In this document: positions 27,746 to 37,618 of the stretch, in pieces | Position numbering within the stretch: position 1 is the stretch's first letter | Layout of the letters: each line of letters opens with the position of its first letter | NCBI GenBank assembly: GCA_027491915.1 | Contig: JAOZGC010000002.1 | Span: forward strand, 1-64,000 | DNA: 64,000 nucleotides | Direction: 5' to 3' | Source: Thermoproteota archaeon | GTDB taxonomy: Archaea; Korarchaeota; Korarchaeia; Korarchaeales; Korarchaeaceae | Notes under the pieces: generated by a model | Told to the model about the DNA's origin: nothing | Database searches by the model: none | Seen by the model: only the letters and a program-made list of their open reading frames with translations | Program-made: the position numbers and the translations under genes

Positions 27746-27835
27746 CTTCGTCTCCTTCTTCTCCCTGGCCGGCCTGCCCAACCAACCACCCGCGTCGCCC
27801 GCGCCCGATCGGATAAAAAGAGATCGCCACAAAAT

Positions 27836-27856
27836 GGGGGCTCAGTACTCAAGATC
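27836..27856 (+). repeat. Right att direct repeat GGGGGCTCAGTACTCAAGATC
   Basis: 20/21 identical to 17068-17088; overlaps the sRNA D guide, D box and terminal stem. Confidence 0.9.
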
Positions 27857-27895
27857 CTCATCAGGAGATCAGGGGGCCGAGGTCCTCATCGCCCC
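27837..27895 (-). ncRNA. Box C/D guide sRNA; D guide predicts Cm34 of tRNA-Leu(CAA)
   Basis: Minus strand: GGGGC-GATGA(C)-GGACCTCGGCCCC-CTGA(D')-TCTCC-TGATGA(C')-GGATCTTGAGTA-CTGA(D)-GCCCC; terminal stem; 11-nt complement to the tRNA-Leu anticodon arm. Confidence 0.88.
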
Positions 27896-27948
27896 GTCCC
27901 CCGGGACGCGTCAACGATAAAATACCCACCGGCGGATTCCGCCGTCGG

Positions 27949-28308
27949 ATGGGCGACCAGATACCCCCCGAAATAGGGCGGATAATCAATATCTTATTTG
28001 TAAATGACGGAGGTCATAGAAAGAACAATCTGAGTGAGGTCCAACATAAAATTAAGGAAATTCGAGAGAGGGCCGACTCGGATTTCATCTCCGGTCTCGC
28101 CTTGGCCGCAGAGGGGGCGCTGACGGCCGTTGTGGAGGGGAGGGAACTCAGCCTCCCGGCGAGGATCCTGCGAGGACGGCGGAAGACTCTCCTCGAGGCT
28201 ATCTCAAGGTGGAGGCTCCCTCCGGCGCGCCTAGAGATGGAGGAGGGCTACATCTCCTTCTGGAGAGAGGTGGCCAAGATTGCCGGCATTGATCATCGCG
28301 GGAGGTGA
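27949..28308 (+). CDS. Hypothetical protein
   Basis: Open frame with host-like codon usage. Confidence 0.55.
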   Translation: MGDQIPPEIGRIINILFVNDGGHRKNNLSEVQHKIKEIRERADSDFISGLALAAEGALTAVVEGRELSLPARILRGRRKTLLEAISRWRLPPARLEMEEGYISFWREVAKIAGIDHRGR

Positions 28309-29387
28309 TACCTCCCCCTCCCCTTCTCCAACAATCCCCTGTTGACGTACTCTTCGAGAATCCTCCTAGCCTCCGTTATGGTGGTTCCCAACGCCCTGGA
28401 TGCCTCTATTATCGACACTCCATTGGACCTCGAGGCCAGGGACGCCAGCTCATCCGGGAGAGATCCCTTGGCCAGTTCCCTCGTTCCCCCTATCAGCCTC
28501 AGGAGGTCATCCTCGGTCGGCACGGTCCTGGACTGCTCCACCGCCAGGTGGGCGAGCACCATCCTGGCCAGCCTCAGCAGCCTCCTGGGGTTTCCTCTGG
28601 CCATTTTATTCATTTCTTTTATTAATTTTTCCGTGAATGGTGCTAAATTATCCCCATTTTCCGCTTTTATTCTATAATTTCTGAGCCTCTTCCTTATGAT
28701 CTCGACGGCCAGCTCGTCCGTGATCTCCGGGACCCTCATGACCTCCGCCCGCTGAATGAGGCTTCCCAACCTTGGCACCGCGGCGGGCACGCAGGAGATC
28801 AGTATGACCTTACCATCGCGCAGGGAAGAGTGGACCTCCCCTAGGAAGGTCACGAAGGCCGTTGAATCCCTCTTGGTGCCGCTGACCACAACGTTCTCTA
28901 TCTCATCCAGCATGAGCAGTAGCCTCGGGATCTTGTTTGCAGCCTCCGCCACCCTCCTCGCCAGTATCTTTATTCCCCTACTTCCACCTTCTCTGTGGCC
29001 CTTCCCAAAGAGCGGAAATCTCGGTCTGCCGAATGCACGCAGTATCTTCTCGGCCGACTCTAGGGCGTCGTCCGAATCTATCTTTACGTAGATCCTCTCG
29101 GCGTCGGCTAGGCTCTCCGACACGTATCTCAACTTCTGAGTCTTACCCATTCCAAATCTTCCTATTAATATGATTAATTTTTTTCCGTTTCCGCTCAGAG
29201 AATCCCTTATTACTTTCAGAAGCCTTTCATCAAACTCGGTCTTCACGTGGAGCGCGGCCACCTCGGGGGCCCCCTCGCTCGATAGGAACGAGAAGGGGTT
29301 GCCCCTCAGGGACCACCTGAGGTACCCCGCCTGGACCACCGCGCTCCTCTCTCCCTCGAACATCTCGGCCGCACCAGCCGACCCCAA
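28293..29387 (-). CDS. AAA+ ATPase with C-terminal wHTH
   Basis: NPF, GRFGMGKT, LMLDEIE, GNPRRLL. Confidence 0.8.
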   Translation of the reverse strand: MGSAGAAEMFEGERSAVVQAGYLRWSLRGNPFSFLSSEGAPEVAALHVKTEFDERLLKVIRDSLSGNGKKLIILIGRFGMGKTQKLRYVSESLADAERIYVKIDSDDALESAEKILRAFGRPRFPLFGKGHREGGSRGIKILARRVAEAANKIPRLLLMLDEIENVVVSGTKRDSTAFVTFLGEVHSSLRDGKVILISCVPAAVPRLGSLIQRAEVMRVPEITDELAVEIIRKRLRNYRIKAENGDNLAPFTEKLIKEMNKMARGNPRRLLRLARMVLAHLAVEQSRTVPTEDDLLRLIGGTRELAKGSLPDELASLASRSNGVSIIEASRALGTTITEARRILEEYVNRGLLEKGRGRYHLPR

Positions 29388-29482
29388 CTAATATACTATG
29401 ATTCGTCCCCCGTCTAATCTCTCTTCCTCTCGCCTCACCCTCTCTTTTTATAGTCCCGATCCGACGGGCTCAGGATCCAAGC

Positions 29483-30484
29483 ATGGGGAAGAGGAGGGTC
29501 TCCCTCTCCGCGATAGCCCTTGCGTTGCTATGCGCCGCCGTCGCTCATCATCCGGCGCCCGCATCAGCCCGACAGCCCTTCATTCCGATAATGTACTACA
29601 AGATAGATACCCTGATGGACTTCAGGTCCCCGGATGAGGCAGAGGTCACGATAAACCAGACCGTTTATGGCGACGCCTCCACGTTGGTTGAGAGGCTCAT
29701 CTCCAGATCCGGTGAGGAAGTCTACTGCGCTCAGGAATCTGATCTAACCAGGCTGAGGCTAGCCGACAGACCCCTAGTGACGGGAACGGCCATCTTCAAG
29801 CTCGCCGGGAACGTGAGCGTCCTCATAGACAGGGGTCTCTCTCCGATAAACTGGACGAGAATTTCAACGAAATTTACAATAAGAGCCAATATAACCGATA
29901 ATTCCACTGTTGAATACATGATTACGGACTATCTATCCCAGCTTTACACTCAACCTCTCGTGATACCGACGGTGACGGGCGAGAAGGTGATGCTCCTCCC
30001 GATATACACCCTGAACCTGACCGCGGTGATGCCCCCCGGATACATAATTCAGACAGGAGGTCCCCGGGCCTCCTACGTGAAGCCCATCTATTACGACGGT
30101 CAGAAGAGGGCCCTGATCAACTGGTTTATTAGAAATCCGGCGATGGAATACAGGGGAACCCAGCATCCGTTCACGACCTTCTACGTGGTGTTGGCCCGCG
30201 CCCCCCCAGACATACTGGAGCTCGAGGACTCCCTAAGCGGCCTCTTATCGGCGGCCGAGGGAAAGGAAGTGGATCCCGCCCTCATGGCCAACGCCTCCTT
30301 CGCTCTCTATCAGGTCAGCCTCTACGGATACGCCGAGCGGGTGAATCTCACGTCCATCATGAATTCCCTATCGACTGCTCAAGAGAGACCCCCCTCTATC
30401 AGGGAGATTTCCTGGGCGATCTCCGCCGCGGTCACGGTGACGATCTTGCTCGTCGCGATTAGGAAGGGGAGAGGGGGTAAGTGA
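29483..30484 (+). CDS. Secreted/surface protein with C-terminal membrane anchor
   Basis: Signal peptide, N-x-S/T sequons, C-terminal TM segment plus basic tail. Confidence 0.75.
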   Translation: MGKRRVSLSAIALALLCAAVAHHPAPASARQPFIPIMYYKIDTLMDFRSPDEAEVTINQTVYGDASTLVERLISRSGEEVYCAQESDLTRLRLADRPLVTGTAIFKLAGNVSVLIDRGLSPINWTRISTKFTIRANITDNSTVEYMITDYLSQLYTQPLVIPTVTGEKVMLLPIYTLNLTAVMPPGYIIQTGGPRASYVKPIYYDGQKRALINWFIRNPAMEYRGTQHPFTTFYVVLARAPPDILELEDSLSGLLSAAEGKEVDPALMANASFALYQVSLYGYAERVNLTSIMNSLSTAQERPPSIREISWAISAAVTVTILLVAIRKGRGGK

Positions 30485-30563
30485 GGGAGAAACTTTTCAC
30501 GATCCCCCTCTAGTCACGCGCCCTTCTGAAAACGTTATAGGGACCCTCGACCGCAAAACTTAG

Positions 30564-31748
30564 ATGCCCCCAACCAGCGATCTGACCGCGACGAGGGTGC
30601 TCCTAAATCCAGCCGCCCTATCCAGCTCGTATCTCCCCAAGGATCTTCCTCACAGAGACAAAGAAGTTAGAATCCTCTCATCCGTGGCCGAGAGGTACGC
30701 CATCACCTCCATCACCCCACCGGCAATCCTGATAAAGGGTAGGCCGGGGGTCGGCAAGACCGCCGTCTCGCTGAACTCAACCCTAGGCAGGTTCGATTCG
30801 GAGAGGTTGAGGGTTATCCACGTCAACTGCAGGAAGTATCCCTCCCCAAACACGGTCGTGAGGATAATATCCAGGGGAGTCGGCGGGCCCTTCGTCCCCG
30901 AGAGGGGGCTCTCAATGGGGGAGCTCATTCTCTTCTTGGAAGAGGGCTTGGCGGCCGGGGCGACTCCAACGGCCCTGATACTGGACGAGATAAACTATCT
31001 TCGGGATCCAGCCGATCTAATCTATGCGCTCCTCAGGATCCACGAGACCTCCAAGGTCAGGGTGCCCCCCATGCTGATACTCATATCCCGAGAGTGGATC
31101 CCGGAGTTCCTCTTTGAGAGGTCGATCTGGAGCTTCTTCTCCATTAGATTAAACCTCAAGCCCTACACAAGGAACCAGCTGTATGACATAATCAGATACA
31201 GGGCCAGGGAGGCGCTCGATCCGCGCTCTTACGACGACAATCTCCTCATGTACATAGCGGAGGCGGCCTCAGTCTCCGGCGACGCCAGGCAGGCCATCCG
31301 CCTGCTATACAGGGCCGCCCTCTTGGCGGAGGCGAGCGACAGTTCTGAGATCACTTTAGAACACGTCAGAATCGCCGAGGCGGAGGACAGCCCCGTGATG
31401 GATCGGGCGGCCGTGGATCAGCTCTCGGTTCACGAGAAATTAATCCTACTGGCAGCCGCCAAGAGGTTGAAGGAAAAGCAAGCGATGTGGCTCAGAATGG
31501 GGGAGTTGGAGGGGGCCTATCGGGAGATCTGTGAGGTATACGGGGTTCCCCCTTTCAAGCACACCGCCGTGTGGAGGAGGGTTAAGAATTTATCTTCTGA
31601 AGGCTACATCTCAACCAGGCGTTCCGGAGAGGGGATGAGGGGACAGACCACACTTATCTCAATAAACGGACCCTTGGAGAGGTTGATTCAGATAATAGAG
31701 GGAGATCTCGACACCAATCTGGGTAAGTGGCCCGAGGACTGGAGCTGA
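30564..31748 (+). CDS. cdc6: Orc1/Cdc6 replication initiator
   Basis: YLPKDLPHR, GRPGVGKT, VNCR, ILDEI, SGDARQAI, C-terminal wHTH. Confidence 0.93.
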   Translation: MPPTSDLTATRVLLNPAALSSSYLPKDLPHRDKEVRILSSVAERYAITSITPPAILIKGRPGVGKTAVSLNSTLGRFDSERLRVIHVNCRKYPSPNTVVRIISRGVGGPFVPERGLSMGELILFLEEGLAAGATPTALILDEINYLRDPADLIYALLRIHETSKVRVPPMLILISREWIPEFLFERSIWSFFSIRLNLKPYTRNQLYDIIRYRAREALDPRSYDDNLLMYIAEAASVSGDARQAIRLLYRAALLAEASDSSEITLEHVRIAEAEDSPVMDRAAVDQLSVHEKLILLAAAKRLKEKQAMWLRMGELEGAYREICEVYGVPPFKHTAVWRRVKNLSSEGYISTRRSGEGMRGQTTLISINGPLERLIQIIEGDLDTNLGKWPEDWS

Positions 31749-31774
31749 GTCCGTCGCCGGGCCGGCAACGGACC

Positions 31775-33016
31775 TCAATCTCCCCTCGGCAGATACTCTC
31801 TCAGCAGCGCCTCAAGGTCTCTGGCCGGAATGTTCAGGTCCAGGGACATCTCCCTCAGCGCCCCCATCTCCCTCTCGGCGGCAAGCGCCATCAGCGGGAG
31901 GATCTCTTTCCTTACAATCTCCGTCGACGAGTGGATCCTCTTAGCGATGGCCTCGACTATCTCCCTCACCTCCTTTCTCCTCTTTGAGGCAGAAGAGGCG
32001 GCCTTGACGTAACCGGGGAACTGCAGTCTCGTGTACCCTGGCCTCTCCCCGGTCTCCTTTCTGGCGGCGCATACCCCCAACGTCAGCAGATCTTGGGCGT
32101 AGGACATCATGGAGTAGTTCTGCCTCCTGACGATCCTGCCCAGCAGGACGTCGGCCTGGGCTATCCTCTGGTAGGCCTTGAATATGGTTTCGGGTTTCTT
32201 GTACGCCCGGGGGGCGTTCTCCTCGACCCATCTGAGCACCATATCAATGTCTACGTCGATGCTGTATACCATATTTCGAGAATCCACGCACTTCCCCCAG
32301 AACAATATGTTATTTAGGAGATCGAAGATGGTTTTCTGAACGTCTCTCCTGCCTATCAGGACCTCAACCTCCCTCGGACTGGCTGAGACCGCGGCCGCCA
32401 CCTCCAAATCGTTTATGGCCGCCCTGAGATCCCCTGAGCATCTCTTGGCTATATTGGCGATGGTTCCCTCTGGAATCTTCATGCCCTCCCGCTCCGCTAT
32501 CGCCTTTAGCACCCTGTGGACGCTCTGCCACCTCAGTCGCGTGAACTTCACCATGACCGACAGGTTCCGTAGGTCGGCCAATCCCCTCTCGTATGCGCTG
32601 TTCGCGGTCATGACCACCGGAATCCCACTTTTCCTCAAGAGAACTCCAACCAGTCTGCTCAGTCTTGTGTACCCTCCCCCGTAGGCGTCCACCTCATCCA
32701 GTATAATCATTCTCCCCCCGTCGCCCAGGACTGAGGCTGATGCCGAGCTTATCACCCTCTCCAGCGTTTCGGCCGCCCTCTCGTCGCCAGCGTTTATCTC
32801 GATGGGATCCAACCTCAGCTCTCTGGCGATCGCGTAGGCCGCCGAGGTCTTGCCGGTGCCCGGCGGCCCCACCATGAGCAGCGCCCTCTCGACCTCCCCG
32901 GAGGAAACCGATTCCATCCACTCCCTGATCTTCCGGACCGCCTGACCCTGTCCGACCAGTTCGTCCAGGGTCCTCGGCCTGTACTTCTCCATTAGGGGGA
33001 TCTTCTCCCAGCTCAT
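31775..33016 (-). CDS. rfcL: Replication factor C large subunit
   Basis: EKYRP, GPPGTGKT, EINAGDER, GDLRAAINDL. Confidence 0.93.
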   Translation of the reverse strand: MSWEKIPLMEKYRPRTLDELVGQGQAVRKIREWMESVSSGEVERALLMVGPPGTGKTSAAYAIARELRLDPIEINAGDERAAETLERVISSASASVLGDGGRMIILDEVDAYGGGYTRLSRLVGVLLRKSGIPVVMTANSAYERGLADLRNLSVMVKFTRLRWQSVHRVLKAIAEREGMKIPEGTIANIAKRCSGDLRAAINDLEVAAAVSASPREVEVLIGRRDVQKTIFDLLNNILFWGKCVDSRNMVYSIDVDIDMVLRWVEENAPRAYKKPETIFKAYQRIAQADVLLGRIVRRQNYSMMSYAQDLLTLGVCAARKETGERPGYTRLQFPGYVKAASSASKRRKEVREIVEAIAKRIHSSTEIVRKEILPLMALAAEREMGALREMSLDLNIPARDLEALLREYLPRGD

Positions 33017-34035
33017 CTGCGCCTCACACCCATCGCCACCAACCTCGCCAGGAGGGCCGAGATCTGAATGTCCCCGTGGGCCCCCTCCGATAGCCTGAAG
33101 TCGGCCTCGCCCAGATAAAATATGAACTCAGCCTTCTCTGGCTCACTCATGTCTGGCGTTCTGAGTATTTCTCTATGTAACTGTTTGACTATATCAGACG
33201 CAGTCATACCATAATTTAACATAAGATCCCTGGCGATCGACCTGGCCCTCAGGAAATCGCCGCCGAGGGCCATCCTTATCATCTCCTTCACCTCCTCCGG
33301 CCTGGCCAGGCCCGCCACGCGATACACCTTCTCAGCGGTCACCTCTCCCCCATACGCCGCAGCGGTCTGAAGGAGGTTTATCGCCTTCCTGAGGTCTCCC
33401 TCGCTCACGTACGTTATCGCCTCCAACCCGTCATCCGCTAGGGGGACGGATTCCTTCTCCGCTATGAACCTCAACCTCTCTTTGACGGCCCTGTCGGGTA
33501 TCGGCCCGAACCTGAACACGGCCGTCCTGGACTGTATCGGCTCTATTATCTTGGAAGAGTAATTGCACGCCAGGACGAACCTCGTGGTGCCGGAGTACAT
33601 CTCCATTATCCTCCTCAAAGCGTGCTGGGCATCAGCCGTCAGGCTGTCCGCCTCGTCCAGGTGAATCATCTTGAAGGGGACGTCCCCCATCGGGAGAGTT
33701 CTCGCGAATTCTTTTATCTTAGTTCTGATTGTGTTGATTCCTCTTTCGTCAGATGCGTTTAATTCTAAATAATTCTTACTCACCAAATCCTCTGATCCGT
33801 ATATCTCGTGGGCGAGGGCGATGGCGACCGTGGTCTTTCCTGTCCCAGCGGGCCCGGAGAACAGCAGGTGCGGGAGGGATCTCCTCTCCACAAAACCCCT
33901 GAGGGCCTTGATTACCTGCTCCTGATCGACGACCTCGGCCAGACTCTTGGGCCTGTACTTCTCGACCCAGAGCTCCAACGTCAACTCCCGGCTGACCTCC
34001 CCCCGGTTCAATTTATCATTTCGAGTCTCGGACAA
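33013..34035 (-). CDS. rfcS: Replication factor C small subunit
   Basis: [33 protein letters not shown]. Confidence 0.97.
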   Translation of the reverse strand: MSETRNDKLNRGEVSRELTLELWVEKYRPKSLAEVVDQEQVIKALRGFVERRSLPHLLFSGPAGTGKTTVAIALAHEIYGSEDLVSKNYLELNASDERGINTIRTKIKEFARTLPMGDVPFKMIHLDEADSLTADAQHALRRIMEMYSGTTRFVLACNYSSKIIEPIQSRTAVFRFGPIPDRAVKERLRFIAEKESVPLADDGLEAITYVSEGDLRKAINLLQTAAAYGGEVTAEKVYRVAGLARPEEVKEMIRMALGGDFLRARSIARDLMLNYGMTASDIVKQLHREILRTPDMSEPEKAEFIFYLGEADFRLSEGAHGDIQISALLARLVAMGVRRR

Positions 34036-34067
34036 GAGTTATATCCCCCCAACCCCGGGACCTCGGG

Positions 34068-34301
34068 ATGTTCCCAGTCAGGTGTTTCACCTGCGGTAAG
34101 GTGATCGGAGACAAGTGGGATGAGTATGCCGAGAGGGTGGCCTCGGGCGAGCCTCCCGGAAAGGTCCTGGACGATCTCGGCATAGACAGGTACTGCTGCA
34201 GGAGGATGTTCTTAACCCACGTAGATCTGACGGGGGAGTTCTCCAGATTCGCGGCTCTGGCGCGAATCGACGCGACCCCGGAGAGTCCTCCCAACGTTTA
34301 A
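34068..34301 (+). CDS. rpoN: RNA polymerase subunit Rpo10 (RpoN)
   Basis: [16 protein letters not shown]. Confidence 0.97.
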   Translation: MFPVRCFTCGKVIGDKWDEYAERVASGEPPGKVLDDLGIDRYCCRRMFLTHVDLTGEFSRFAALARIDATPESPPNV

Positions 34302-34326
34302 TTAGGGGTCCGCGCGGCCGCGGGAG

Positions 34327-34992
34327 GTGTCTGGCCTGAGAGATCCGCCCGAAGATTACCTGGAGGGATTTCCCCCGGTGGAGGACAAGGACCTCCTGGT
34401 CCCTAAGCAGAAGTACCTGTCGGCCGGGGTTCACGTGGGGACCAAGATAAGAACCAAGTCCATGTCTCGATTCATCTACAGGGTCAGATCCGACGGCCTG
34501 TGCATGATCGACATAAAGAAGACAGATGAGAGGCTCAGGGTGGCCGGCAAATTCCTGTCCAGGATCGAGCCTAAGAAGATAGTTGCGGTGTCCTCTAGGA
34601 TATACGGGTTCAGGCCGGTCAGGAGGTTCGCGGACTACGTCGGCGCCGTGGCGATAACCGGCAGGGTACTCCCGGGCATATTCACCAATCCCAGGGCCCC
34701 GGTGTACTACGAGCCCGAGGTCGTGCTCCTATCCGACCCTAAGGTGGATAAGCAGGCCCACGACGAGAGCGTGAAGATGGGGATACCGGTGGTGGCCCTG
34801 GTGGACGCCGACAACGAGCTGGACTTCATCGACCTCGCCATACCGGCTAACAACAAGGGAAGGAGATCCCTCGCCTTCATATTTTGGCTGCTCACGAGAC
34901 AGGTTCTCAGGGAGAGGGGCGACCTGCCCCCAGACGGAGAGCTCGAGGAGGACTACGAGGCATTCGCCACCAGGATAATGGGGATAAGGTAG
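34327..34992 (+). CDS. rps2: 30S ribosomal protein S2
   Basis: [23 protein letters not shown]. Confidence 0.97.
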   Translation: MSGLRDPPEDYLEGFPPVEDKDLLVPKQKYLSAGVHVGTKIRTKSMSRFIYRVRSDGLCMIDIKKTDERLRVAGKFLSRIEPKKIVAVSSRIYGFRPVRRFADYVGAVAITGRVLPGIFTNPRAPVYYEPEVVLLSDPKVDKQAHDESVKMGIPVVALVDADNELDFIDLAIPANNKGRRSLAFIFWLLTRQVLRERGDLPPDGELEEDYEAFATRIMGIR

Positions 34993-35015
34993 ACTTACCT
35001 GGCCGCGCCGGCGTG

Positions 35016-35867
35016 ATGGCGATGCTGCGCAGGCCGGCCGTCGCCGGTTCCTTCTATCCCTCCGACCCGAAGCGGCTGCTCGAGGAGATATCCAACTCTT
35101 TTGCGAGGGCTGGCTTTCCCGGAATACCCAAGCCAGCTGATAAGCCCGCGGATAGGGTGGTTGGCCTGCTGTCCCCCCACGCCGGATACCCATACTCGGG
35201 TTGGGTCGCCGCCTCCGGCTACAAGAGACTGGCCGACGACGGGTCCTTCGACTCAGTCGTGATCCTAGGACCGAATCACTGGGGAATCGGTCATCCCGTG
35301 GCGGTGTACTCTTCTGGCAGCTGGCTGACCCCGCTGGGCGTGATCGACGTGGACGAGGAACTCGCCAAGGCCATCGCGGCCGAATCCAACTTGGTGGCCG
35401 AAGACGGCCTGGCCCACAGCAGAGAGCACTCTATAGAGGTTCAACTCCCCTTTCTCCAGGCCATCTACGGAGAGTTCTCCCTGGTCCCAATATCCATGTT
35501 TGATCAGAGCTTAGACACGGCCGTCTCGCTGGGGGAGGTGATAGCCGACTGTGTCAGAGAATTGGGTAGGTCAACGGTGGTGATAGCCTCCTCGGACATG
35601 TCTCACTACGTGACCGACGACGCGGCTAGGGAGAACGATCTATACGTTCTGAGGGCGGCTGAGGAGTTAGATCCGGAGGAGATGTACCGTCGAATAGAGG
35701 AGCGGGGCGTCAGCATGTGCGGACCCGGTCCGGCCGCAGTCATGATGACGGCGGCCAGAGAACTGGGCGGATCCAGGGGGAGGCTGCTCTCCTACCACAC
35801 GAGCGGAGAGGTGACCGGGGATTATATCTCCGTGGTGGGATACGCCTCCCTGGTGGTCGAGAGATGA
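35016..35867 (+). CDS. MEMO1 family protein
   Basis: RRPAVAGSFYP, PHAGYPYSG, EHSIEVQLPF, SSDMSHY. Confidence 0.93.
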   Translation: MAMLRRPAVAGSFYPSDPKRLLEEISNSFARAGFPGIPKPADKPADRVVGLLSPHAGYPYSGWVAASGYKRLADDGSFDSVVILGPNHWGIGHPVAVYSSGSWLTPLGVIDVDEELAKAIAAESNLVAEDGLAHSREHSIEVQLPFLQAIYGEFSLVPISMFDQSLDTAVSLGEVIADCVRELGRSTVVIASSDMSHYVTDDAARENDLYVLRAAEELDPEEMYRRIEERGVSMCGPGPAAVMMTAARELGGSRGRLLSYHTSGEVTGDYISVVGYASLVVER

Positions 35868-36964
35868 GCACGCCCAACAGAAAGCTAGATCACCTCATGC
35901 TGGCGGTCAAGAAGGAGGTGGAATACGAGGAGGGAAACTGGTTCGACGAGGTCGTCCTCATACACGAGGCCGCTCCCTCCTGGGATCTGGAGGACGTGGA
36001 CTTGAGCTCGGAGTTTCTCGGCATGAAGATCTCCGCTCCCCTCCTGATAGAGGGGATGACGGGGGGTCACCGCGCCGCCGCCGAGGTGAACAGGTCCCTG
36101 GCCCGCGCCGCCGCCGAGGTGGGCGTGCCCGTTGGGGTGGGCAGCCAGCGCGCGGCCATAGAGGACCCGGACCTGGAGTGGACCTTCCGGGTGGTGAGCG
36201 ACGAGGCCGGGGGGAAGGTCCCCATAATAGCAAACATAGGGGGAACCCACGCGCGGCTGGACGACGGAATTACCCTGGCGGAGAGGGCCGTCTCTATGTT
36301 GGAGGCAGACGCCCTGGCGATCCACCTGAACGCCCTCCAAGAGTGCGTTCAGCCGGAGGGTAGGCCCAACTTCTCCGGCCTCCTGACGGCCGTGGCGGAC
36401 ATATCCTCCTCCCTGGAAGTGCCCCTGATAGTCAAGGAGACCGGCTCTGGGATGTCTCGACAGACTGCAATAAACCTAGAAAGGGCCGGGGCAGCCGGAA
36501 TAGATGTTGGTGGCCTGGGTGGAACAAACTGGGCCAAGATAGAGTCTTTCAGAGGCAAGAAGGGTCCTCTCAGGGGGGAGAACTTCTTCGGTTGGGGGAT
36601 ACCGTCGGTCGTCAGCGTGCTGGAGGTGGGGGGCGCCCTCAGGAGATCCTTCCTGATAGCTTCCGGTGGGGTGAGGGACGGCGTTGCGGCCGCCAAGGCC
36701 ATAGCCCTGGGGGCCAATTACGCCGGCGCAGCCCTTCCCTTCCTGCGGGCTCACTTCTCTGGCGGGTGGAAGGCGGTGAAGGGATTGCTGCTCTCTTTTC
36801 TTGAGGAGATGAGGGTCGCCACATATCTGTCTGGATCTAGAACCCCAGAAGAGTTGCGCCTTAGGAGGAGATTCGTGCTGCTGGGGAGGGCCGCCGCGTG
36901 GGCCGCCTCCCGGGGGCTCTCCAAAACTTTTAATCCCGCGTCGATCGCCCAGCCAGGGGAATGA
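35864..36964 (+). CDS. fni: Type 2 isopentenyl-diphosphate isomerase
   Basis: RKLDH, MTGG, GSQR, HLNALQE, VKETG, GGTNW. Confidence 0.95.
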   Translation: MSTPNRKLDHLMLAVKKEVEYEEGNWFDEVVLIHEAAPSWDLEDVDLSSEFLGMKISAPLLIEGMTGGHRAAAEVNRSLARAAAEVGVPVGVGSQRAAIEDPDLEWTFRVVSDEAGGKVPIIANIGGTHARLDDGITLAERAVSMLEADALAIHLNALQECVQPEGRPNFSGLLTAVADISSSLEVPLIVKETGSGMSRQTAINLERAGAAGIDVGGLGGTNWAKIESFRGKKGPLRGENFFGWGIPSVVSVLEVGGALRRSFLIASGGVRDGVAAAKAIALGANYAGAALPFLRAHFSGGWKAVKGLLLSFLEEMRVATYLSGSRTPEELRLRRRFVLLGRAAAWAASRGLSKTFNPASIAQPGE

Positions 36965-36967
36965 AGG

Positions 36968-37357
36968 ATGAGCCCTGGTGACAAACCCTTCTATGTCAAC
37001 TTTGATATGCCTGAAGATCTTATATCGAAAGTCTACGAGCTGATAGAACTCGCCAGAACTACCGGGGGTAAGATCAAGAAGGGAGCCAACGAGACCACGA
37101 AGGCGGTCGAGCGGGGGGAGGCATCGATGGTGGTGGTGGCGGAGGATGTCGACCCGCCCGAGATAGTCGCCCACCTGCCCCTCCTATGCGACGACAAGAA
37201 GATACCATACGCGTTTGCGCCGAGCAAGGAGGAACTGGGCAAGGCAGCCGGAATAGAGAGACCGGCCTCGGCGGTCGCAGTTATAGATCCCGGCCAGGCG
37301 AAGACCCTCATGGAGGCCCTCATCGACAAGATAAGAGAGATCAGAGGGGCGGGATGA
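36968..37357 (+). CDS. rpl7ae: 50S ribosomal protein L7Ae
   Basis: [23 protein letters not shown]. Confidence 0.97.
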   Translation: MSPGDKPFYVNFDMPEDLISKVYELIELARTTGGKIKKGANETTKAVERGEASMVVVAEDVDPPEIVAHLPLLCDDKKIPYAFAPSKEELGKAAGIERPASAVAVIDPGQAKTLMEALIDKIREIRGAG

Positions 37358-37399
37358 GGTTTTATACCCTTGCATCCGCTTCGGGCCCGGTGATGGGTC

Positions 37400-37618
37400 T
37401 TGTCTTCTAAGGCCGACAGGGGCTACCCGGCCGAGGTGGTGGAGATAATAGGGAGGACCGGAGTGGCGGGGGAGGTAATACAGGTCAGGGCCAGGGTTCT
37501 GGCTGGCAAGGACAAGGGGCGAGTGCTGACTCGAAACGTAAAGGGCCCCGTCAGGGTTGGAGACGTGCTGATCCTCCGCGAGACCGAGATGGAGGCCAGA
37601 AAGCTCAAGCCGAGGTGA
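37400..37618 (+). CDS. rps28e: 30S ribosomal protein S28e
   Basis: [16 protein letters not shown]. Confidence 0.97.
   Translation: MSSKADRGYPAEVVEIIGRTGVAGEVIQVRARVLAGKDKGRVLTRNVKGPVRVGDVLILRETEMEARKLKPR

Larger units (their letters stand above)
17068..27856. mobile_element. Integrated element (plasmid- or provirus-like), ~10.8 kb, inserted at the 3' end of a C/D box sRNA gene
   Basis: 21-bp direct repeats at both ends, tyrosine integrase next to the right repeat, all element genes on the minus strand, replication ATPase, RHH protein, HerA-like ATPase; host genes resume outside. Confidence 0.9.

Noticed and set aside
26477-27976. Long alternative-frame ORFs (e.g. 26477-27976 +, 26850-27830 -, 17159-18004 -, 37838-39160 -)
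   Set aside because: Shadow ORFs of GC-rich coding sequence; Pro/Arg/Gly-rich, without motifs, and overlapping well-supported genes
30485-30563. Replication origin upstream of cdc6
   Set aside because: Short intergenic region with no recognisable ORB repeats or extended AT-rich unwinding element
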